DNA of 64,000 nt from Candidatus Latescibacterota bacterium (GTDB lineage Bacteria > Latescibacterota > MWCZ01): assembly GCA_022706085.1 (NCBI GenBank), contig JAKJDF010000007.1, positions 10,474 to 74,473 of the forward strand. The letters run 5' to 3'. Position 1 is the first letter of the stretch; each line of letters opens with the position of its first letter. This document shows positions 58,684 to 64,000 of the stretch, in pieces. The notes below the pieces were generated by a model. That model made no database searches, had not been told where the DNA came from, and was given only the letters and a program-made list of their open reading frames with translations. Both the position numbers and the translations under genes were made by a program.

Positions 58684-60141
58684 CTATTTCAACACGACGT
58701 TCTCCGCGAATTCCCCTATGTACACGTTCGCTTTCTCAAGCGTCTTCATCCGGACGCCGTTGCGGTACAGGCCTTCGATTGTCACGTTTTCCACCCGGTG
58801 GTGCGCGTCGTATCCGCGAAATGACGATGGCGGCATCCGGTCCGAACGCACGTGGATGTTCCGATACGTGATGTCGGAAATGCGACCCCGCTCCTTCCTG
58901 CCTTCGCTGTATTCCGGGTGTTCGGTGATGCTGCAGCCCATCAACGTAGGCAACCACGGGGAGTGCGGATCCACCGGGAAGGTCTCCGCGTCGTCTCTCT
59001 GGATGCGCGGCCGCTGGTACACCGGGTCCATTTCCACCCGAATATTCTCGAACAGCACGTCGTGAACGTGGCCGTAATCCACATTGCCGATGTTCAGGGC
59101 GATATCCAGACTCCGGATCACGTCCATGTTACGGAAAGTCAGGTTGCGCATATGGTCCGCGCAACACTCCGCGCCGATTTCGAGGCAGTGGTCCCAATCG
59201 CACCAGACGACGCAGTTCTCCACCAGTATGTCCTCGCACACCTGCTGGTAGCCGAGGTGCCCTTTGAAGCAGATGGAATCATCGAAGGTGCGGACGAAGC
59301 AATCGGTGACGTGGCATCGGCGGCAGTTGTGAAAATCGATGCCGTCCGTGTTGAAGCGCCAGCTCCCGATGATCTTCAGATTCCTGATTTCGACATCGTC
59401 GCACCCCCACAGGCCGACGTTGTAGACCAGTGAATCACGAATCGTGAACCCGTCCAGAACCACGTCCTGACAGCGGATCAGCTGGATGGTGTGCTCTCGT
59501 TTCGCGTTACGGACGTCGAACATGCCATCGCCGAGTTTTTCCATCGGGAACAGGATGGTCTCCACGTTTTTGCTGTTATCCAGCACTCCCCGGCCGAGGA
59601 TGCGGATGCCCCGGCAGTCGGTGGCGTGGATGCAACCGTAAACGACAGCGCCTTCGTCAATGAACACGGTCTGGCCGTCTTTGAGCTCAAGGATTCCGAC
59701 GTCGTGGCAGCCCGGACCGAAGTAGATGGTCGCGGGGCCGTGCGGATCGACCGCGTAGTTCGCGGGCGGATCCGCGAACAGGTGCAGGTTATGGTGGTAG
59801 CCATCCATCTCGAGCGAGTAACCGCCCGGCGACGGGAGAATGAAGGTGATGACGCCGTTCTCGACCTGCGGGTGCACGTTCTTCGACAGCGGCCGCACCA
59901 CGACGTCCTTGAAGGCGCGCCCAGGCCGCACCTGAACGGTTACCGGCTCGGTCATCTCCAACGAGGTGAAGTACGCGATCTCGGATTGCTCGATCTGCCG
60001 CTGATGCCCCGGCCATCGGCGATTGAACGGCACGGCGGATACGCGGCAGAGCTGCACCGGGGCTTTCTGGCCGTCAAGCAGGCAGAGGATGTCGTCGGCG
60101 ACCGGTATTTCCCCGGGTACGCGATATGTGCGAGCGGGCAT
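58684..60141 (-). CDS. glycoside hydrolase family 28 (polygalacturonase-like, right-handed beta-helix)
   Basis: GH28 motifs NTDGIDF, FDDSICFKG and RN...; start MPARTYRVPGE after AGGAG. Confidence 0.8.
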   Translation of the reverse strand: MPARTYRVPGEIPVADDILCLLDGQKAPVQLCRVSAVPFNRRWPGHQRQIEQSEIAYFTSLEMTEPVTVQVRPGRAFKDVVVRPLSKNVHPQVENGVITFILPSPGGYSLEMDGYHHNLHLFADPPANYAVDPHGPATIYFGPGCHDVGILELKDGQTVFIDEGAVVYGCIHATDCRGIRILGRGVLDNSKNVETILFPMEKLGDGMFDVRNAKREHTIQLIRCQDVVLDGFTIRDSLVYNVGLWGCDDVEIRNLKIIGSWRFNTDGIDFHNCRRCHVTDCFVRTFDDSICFKGHLGYQQVCEDILVENCVVWCDWDHCLEIGAECCADHMRNLTFRNMDVIRSLDIALNIGNVDYGHVHDVLFENIRVEMDPVYQRPRIQRDDAETFPVDPHSPWLPTLMGCSITEHPEYSEGRKERGRISDITYRNIHVRSDRMPPSSFRGYDAHHRVENVTIEGLYRNGVRMKTLEKANVYIGEFAENVVLK

Positions 60142-60192
60142 TCGGGGGCTCCTTTGAGTGGAGGCAATCCTGGTCTTCAAACCAAAAAAAAG

Positions 60193-60222
60193 CTCACGCG
60201 AAGACACGAAGACGCGAAGGGG
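60193..60222 (+). repeat. CGCGAAGA-repeat element, copy D
   Basis: CTCACGCGAAGACACGAAGACGCGAAGGGG, about 50-80 bp upstream of the GH28 start on the opposite strand. Confidence 0.6.
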
Positions 60223-60264
60223 TGTGGCGTTTTTCGGGCCTACCCCGGCGGATCGTCTTTCTCG

Positions 60265-60615
60265 CTACGGGACGTGCAGCGCGTGCGAAGCGACGAGTAT
60301 CACGAACGCGGAAACGCCCAGAACGCTGATGAGCAATTCCCGTTTGAACTTCGTGTACTCTCCGGCCTTCGCCGTCACGTAATGTACGAGAGCCTTCCAG
60401 TTCATGATGACATGTGCGACTGCGGCAACGAGAAACAGTAACGAGGCGGAGTTGTGAAGCGTCATGAACAGGTGGCTCCACCGGGTGTTGCCCTCATGCG
60501 AAGCGAGGTGGAGCGCGATGCCGGAGGGGACCAGCCACAGGCCGGCACAGAACAGGGCCACGGATGCAAGGGGGCGCACGCTGATGGCCGGTTTATCAGA
60601 CGATGCATCGTTCAT
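60265..60615 (-). CDS. hypothetical membrane protein
   Basis: About 116 aa from MNDASSDKP (GGAAAGG ribosome-binding site); 3-4 hydrophobic helices. Confidence 0.45.
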   Translation of the reverse strand: MNDASSDKPAISVRPLASVALFCAGLWLVPSGIALHLASHEGNTRWSHLFMTLHNSASLLFLVAAVAHVIMNWKALVHYVTAKAGEYTKFKRELLISVLGVSAFVILVASHALHVP

Positions 60616-60641
60616 GGCCAGAACCTTTCCGGCAAGAATAA

Positions 60642-60674
60642 CGCACGCGAAGACGCGAAGAGCGCGAAGGGGTG
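60642..60674 (+). repeat. CGCGAAGA-repeat element, copy E
   Basis: CGCACGCGAAGACGCGAAGAGCGCGAAGGGGTG, about 27 bp upstream of the membrane-protein start on the opposite strand, at the edge of the low-GC R-M island. Confidence 0.6.
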
Positions 60675-60736
60675 GATGGAGGGGGTGGAAAGGGCGCGTG
60701 GGAAGGCATTCAAACGGCATCCTTTTCGGTACCCGG

Positions 60737-61279
60737 TTACACCTCCTTCACGGGTAAACCGAACCAGGCAAGGGGGACTTCATTGAACTTGTAATGGCAA
60801 TTCACGCTTTGGATATAATCCAGCACATCCTTGTATTCTGGTTTCTTGAACCAATCGTTCAGGACGTAGACGTATTCGACCCGTAATCCCAAGGGACTGA
60901 CCAGTTTCAGATACTGTTTCCGTTTGAAATCGCAGGTTTGCAGTTTCTCGTCCACCGACCCTGCTACCTGTTGATATTTGACTTCGATGATGAACAAAGT
61001 TTCCCGCACAATGACCAAGAGCGCATCGTCCGGAAGCAGTTTCTTACTGATCTTGCTCTGCCAATCGATTCCGCGCTCGCGAAGAAACCGGTAAAAATCA
61101 TGCTTCCTGAAGCACCTGGCAACCAGCTTGCCTTCGAATAAAACATCCACGCCGGCCTTGCCATCGACTTGGACAATGTCATAACCAGGGATTTCCCGCA
61201 GAATCGTTGCCAGATCAACTCTGCTTTCGAAGCGCAACCCCGTGCGCGTGTTCGCTCCACCTGACCCACCGGATTTCAT
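60737..61279 (-). CDS. putative Type II restriction endonuclease (PD-(D/E)xK fold)
   Basis: 180 aa; candidate catalytic motif LLPDD...LFIIEVKYQ (PD...E-V-K); start ATG overlaps the methyltransferase stop (ATGA); local GC clearly below the window average. Confidence 0.55.
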   Translation of the reverse strand: MKSGGSGGANTRTGLRFESRVDLATILREIPGYDIVQVDGKAGVDVLFEGKLVARCFRKHDFYRFLRERGIDWQSKISKKLLPDDALLVIVRETLFIIEVKYQQVAGSVDEKLQTCDFKRKQYLKLVSPLGLRVEYVYVLNDWFKKPEYKDVLDYIQSVNCHYKFNEVPLAWFGLPVKEV

Positions 61280-62124
61280 GTTGATACCTGTGCGAAATTC
61301 AGCGAAGATAGTCTTTGATTGATGGCGTTCCCCAGTCGCTGCATCGACAATTTGACGAACTCGGCTTCCAGTTCGCAGCCAACGAATCTGCGGTTTAGGA
61401 GAACACACGCGACTCCGGTCGTCGAGCTACCGGAAAACGGGTCAAACACCACGTCACTTTCAACTGTGCTCGCCAGAATAATCCTCTCCAAAAGAGCCAC
61501 TGGTTTCTGGGTGGGATGTTTTCCGAACTCCTTTTCGGCGCCATTTGGGGCAGGAATGCTCCAAACAGACTTCATTTGCCTGCCGGCATTGAGTTCACGC
61601 ATTTTGTCGTAATTGAAACGATGTCGAGACTTACCACTCCTCGCAGCCCATATCACCGTTTCCGTCGAATGCGTGAAGTAACGACAAGACAAGTTGGGCG
61701 GAGGGTTTGGTTTTTCCCAAGTTATGTCGTTCAGGATTTTCATCCCCAGTTGCTGCATCGCATAACCGACAGAGTAAATCACGTGGTGAGTTCCCGAGAC
61801 CCAAATTGTGCCATCCGGCTTCAGCAGCTTTTGGCATCTTGAAAGCCATGTCCTGTTGAACTGATGATTCGTTTCCGCTCCATTGGACCTGTCCCACTGT
61901 CCCTTGTCAACTTTCACCATCCTTCCAGCGTGACAAGTAATACCGCCGTTAGAGAGGAAATAGGGCGGGTCCGCGAAGATCATGTCAAACCTGCCATCGG
62001 GGTATTTTCCGATGAGCATGTCCATGAACTCAATGCAGTCTGCTTGATAGAGCCACACACCGAACTCGTCATTGCGGAACACACATTGATTCGGCGCGAA
62101 TTCCGAGCTTTCCATCATTACCAT
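61276..62124 (-). CDS. DNA methyltransferase, beta-class amino-methyltransferase (probably N6-adenine)
   Basis: Motif IV DPPY (IFADPPYF) precedes motif I FDPFSGSSTTGVA, the order diagnostic of beta-class N6A/N4C methyltransferases; low-GC region. Confidence 0.85.
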   Translation of the reverse strand: MVMMESSEFAPNQCVFRNDEFGVWLYQADCIEFMDMLIGKYPDGRFDMIFADPPYFLSNGGITCHAGRMVKVDKGQWDRSNGAETNHQFNRTWLSRCQKLLKPDGTIWVSGTHHVIYSVGYAMQQLGMKILNDITWEKPNPPPNLSCRYFTHSTETVIWAARSGKSRHRFNYDKMRELNAGRQMKSVWSIPAPNGAEKEFGKHPTQKPVALLERIILASTVESDVVFDPFSGSSTTGVACVLLNRRFVGCELEAEFVKLSMQRLGNAINQRLSSLNFAQVST

Positions 62125-62363
62125 CGGGAAGTCTTCTTTCTCCCCGATCCCACCGTATCCTTCCAAAGCGGACTCCCGATATTTGTCATACCGTTCGTGC
62201 CCTGTGTTTGTTGCACACGCCCCTTATCGAGGAGGCAACTGGGCATTTGCAAAACGCGAGGCAACAACTGAAAAACCCTTGAAACCGGGCGGATGAGCGT
62301 CCTCAACCTGATTACAGGCGCGCTCTGTTCGTGGAGTTATGTAACGCAACAACCCTGGACAAG

Positions 62364-63215
62364 TCAACCCCAAAGCCGCGAGTGCTTTCTCGCGTTATCC
62401 CACCCCGGTGGCTTGAGAAGCCTCGCTGCGCGCTTCTTCGCCTCTGACAGGAAAACCGCGCGATCCGTGAAGCGTGAGTTGCCGATGTCGGTTTCCAACA
62501 GGAGGTTGCCACGGTAGTCGAATGAATGGAACAGCTGCCGGAAGCGTTCCCAGTCGGTGGTGCCCTCCCACGGGAGAACGTGGGCGTCCCTCGAGCCGTC
62601 ATTGTCGTGGATATGGACAGTGAAGAGGCGGTGCCCGAAGCGCTCGAGCGTGGCGAAACTGCCGTCTTTCACGTGCTCGTGCCCGGAATCGTAGCAGAGG
62701 CCGACGTGCGGATCGGTGAATTCGTTCAGGAACGCGGTCAGCACGTCGTCGTATTCCTGTTTCTGGCCGTTTTCCATCGCCAATCTGACGCCGGTTTTGC
62801 CCGCGTAGTCCGCGAGCGCGCCGACGCTGCGGCGCCCCCGTTCGATCATCCGGTTCCGGGTGTCGCCTTCCGGGATGCCGTACGGCTGGATGAGGTGGAT
62901 GACGACGGTGCGGCTTTCCAGTTCTGATGCGGCGTCCATGACGAGCTGGCAGAGCCGGACGGATTCCGCGCGCTCGGCGTCATCAAGCGAGAAGAGCCGG
63001 TCGCCTTCGGGGAACGGTGCGTGGACGGAATCAACCGTCAGGCCGTGTTCTTCCATCAGTCTGCGGATCCCGGCTCTCCCCTCGGTGGTGGCATACCCCG
63101 AGTGCCCCGGCCGGCCGCCCAGCGCGACGACCTCGAACCCTGCCGCGGCGATCAACGCGACAGCTTCCGGGAACGGCAGGTTGTAGTCAAATGACGTGCA
63201 GATAGCAGGTTTCAT
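62364..63215 (-). CDS. sugar phosphate isomerase/epimerase (xylose-isomerase-like TIM barrel)
   Basis: 283 aa with conserved acidic/His metal ligands in TIM-barrel pattern (VHAPF, HLIQP, ENGQ, HIHDND, ETD); ATGA overlap with upstream gene. Confidence 0.75.
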   Translation of the reverse strand: MKPAICTSFDYNLPFPEAVALIAAAGFEVVALGGRPGHSGYATTEGRAGIRRLMEEHGLTVDSVHAPFPEGDRLFSLDDAERAESVRLCQLVMDAASELESRTVVIHLIQPYGIPEGDTRNRMIERGRRSVGALADYAGKTGVRLAMENGQKQEYDDVLTAFLNEFTDPHVGLCYDSGHEHVKDGSFATLERFGHRLFTVHIHDNDGSRDAHVLPWEGTTDWERFRQLFHSFDYRGNLLLETDIGNSRFTDRAVFLSEAKKRAARLLKPPGWDNARKHSRLWG

Positions 63216-64000
63216 GCGGATGTCCGTGACCGGTGCACGCTGTCCGCGCCTATCCGTCGTTGCAGTACCACGGCGGCAAAGCCAAAAGGCGGCAACGTTG
63301 AGAGCTCCATCACCTTACCGCGCAACTGGCCGGAGCACCGGATGAATTGCGCGCTTTCGTACTCGTCGCAAAGACGGATCTCCGGGGCGAGTATCTCGTC
63401 AACACAGAAGTTCCATAGCCCGATGGAAAGCGAGTTCTCGTCCTTCTTGCACTGAATGTAGAGGTCGGGGTTGCCAAGACAGACCACGTCCATCGGCCTG
63501 CGCCTGACATACTCGATGCCGGCGGCAAGCTGACGCATGCGGCAATAGCAGCGGAACGCGCGGTCGTGGTGACGGGTTTCATAGGCATTAAACGGGTACA
63601 CCAGAAATCTCACACCTTCGCCGTTCTCATACTCGAACACTCCGCCCGCTGCGCCTTCCCCCTTCAGGTGCGTGACGAACCGCACGCGCGAATCTACTTC
63701 GAGGTTGAAGTAAGTCCCGCCTACAGGCACGGTTTCGCCGTCGGCAGGGTAATACTCGGCGCGGACGCTGGCTTGCCCGAGAACTTTCCGGAGTCCGACG
63801 TCGAACCCGCGCTGCGTCAAGATCTCCGCTGCCGGGGCATCCAGAATTGCCCCGTACTGCAGCGTTTCCGCGCTGGCGTACCGCGCGTTCTCGCCAAACA
63901 CGATGGTGACATCAGGGGTGTCGTACTGCATGGGCACGGAGTTATCACAGAGGAACTCAATCGACGCGGAGATGAACGTTTCCTGAACGTAACCGGCGCC
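63212..64000 (-). CDS. hypothetical protein, 5'-truncated by window edge
   Basis: Reading frame stays open from 63937 to the window end, so the true start lies beyond 64000; no family recognised. Confidence 0.45.
   Translation of the reverse strand, partial: GAGYVQETFISASIEFLCDNSVPMQYDTPDVTIVFGENARYASAETLQYGAILDAPAAEILTQRGFDVGLRKVLGQASVRAEYYPADGETVPVGGTYFNLEVDSRVRFVTHLKGEGAAGGVFEYENGEGVRFLVYPFNAYETRHHDRAFRCYCRMRQLAAGIEYVRRRPMDVVCLGNPDLYIQCKKDENSLSIGLWNFCVDEILAPEIRLCDEYESAQFIRCSGQLRGKVMELSTLPPFGFAAVVLQRRIGADSVHRSRTSA

Noticed and set aside
54733-60674. CRISPR array interpretation of the CGCGAAGA-repeat elements
   Set aside because: Copies are 22-33 bp but separated by irregular distances (about 0.25, 1.7, 3.4 and 0.4 kb) that contain full-length genes; no cas genes; not a CRISPR array.

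Overview
High-GC (~65%) bacterial chromosomal window, densely coding on both strands. Confidently recognised housekeeping genes are guaA, aroK, a grpE-dnaK-dnaJ chaperone operon, copA and a tRNA-Asn(GUU). There are two efflux operons: a TetR-controlled HlyD/ABC-2/TolC system and a MacB/FtsX-type tripartite system. A carbohydrate-degradation set (GH35, GH28, CE7 esterase, Cys-type sulfatase, oligogalacturonate-lyase-like, Gfo/Idh/MocA, sugar-phosphate isomerase) and three URO-D-family paralogues suggest a polysaccharide-degrading lineage, but taxonomy cannot be fixed from sequence alone. The strongest candidate for an undescribed system is an eight-gene operon at 30.4-34.9 kb: DUF134 DNA-binding protein, 2x[4Fe-4S] ferredoxin, two NifX/NafY-like cofactor-binding proteins, two MinD/ParA-type ATPases with embedded ferredoxin domains, and two small proteins sharing a GxGPMTGR N-terminus. 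It has its own near-consensus promoter and a 20-bp palindromic operator, and no nitrogenase genes are nearby. Other notable signals are a low-GC Type II restriction-modification island (60.7-62.1 kb), a family of five ~22-33 bp CGCGAAGA-repeat elements confined to 54.7-60.7 kb, a CocE/NonD hydrolase gene interrupted by one in-frame TAG, and a GNAT-inorganic pyrophosphatase fusion. All calls are from reading the sequence and ORF translations; no database search was run.
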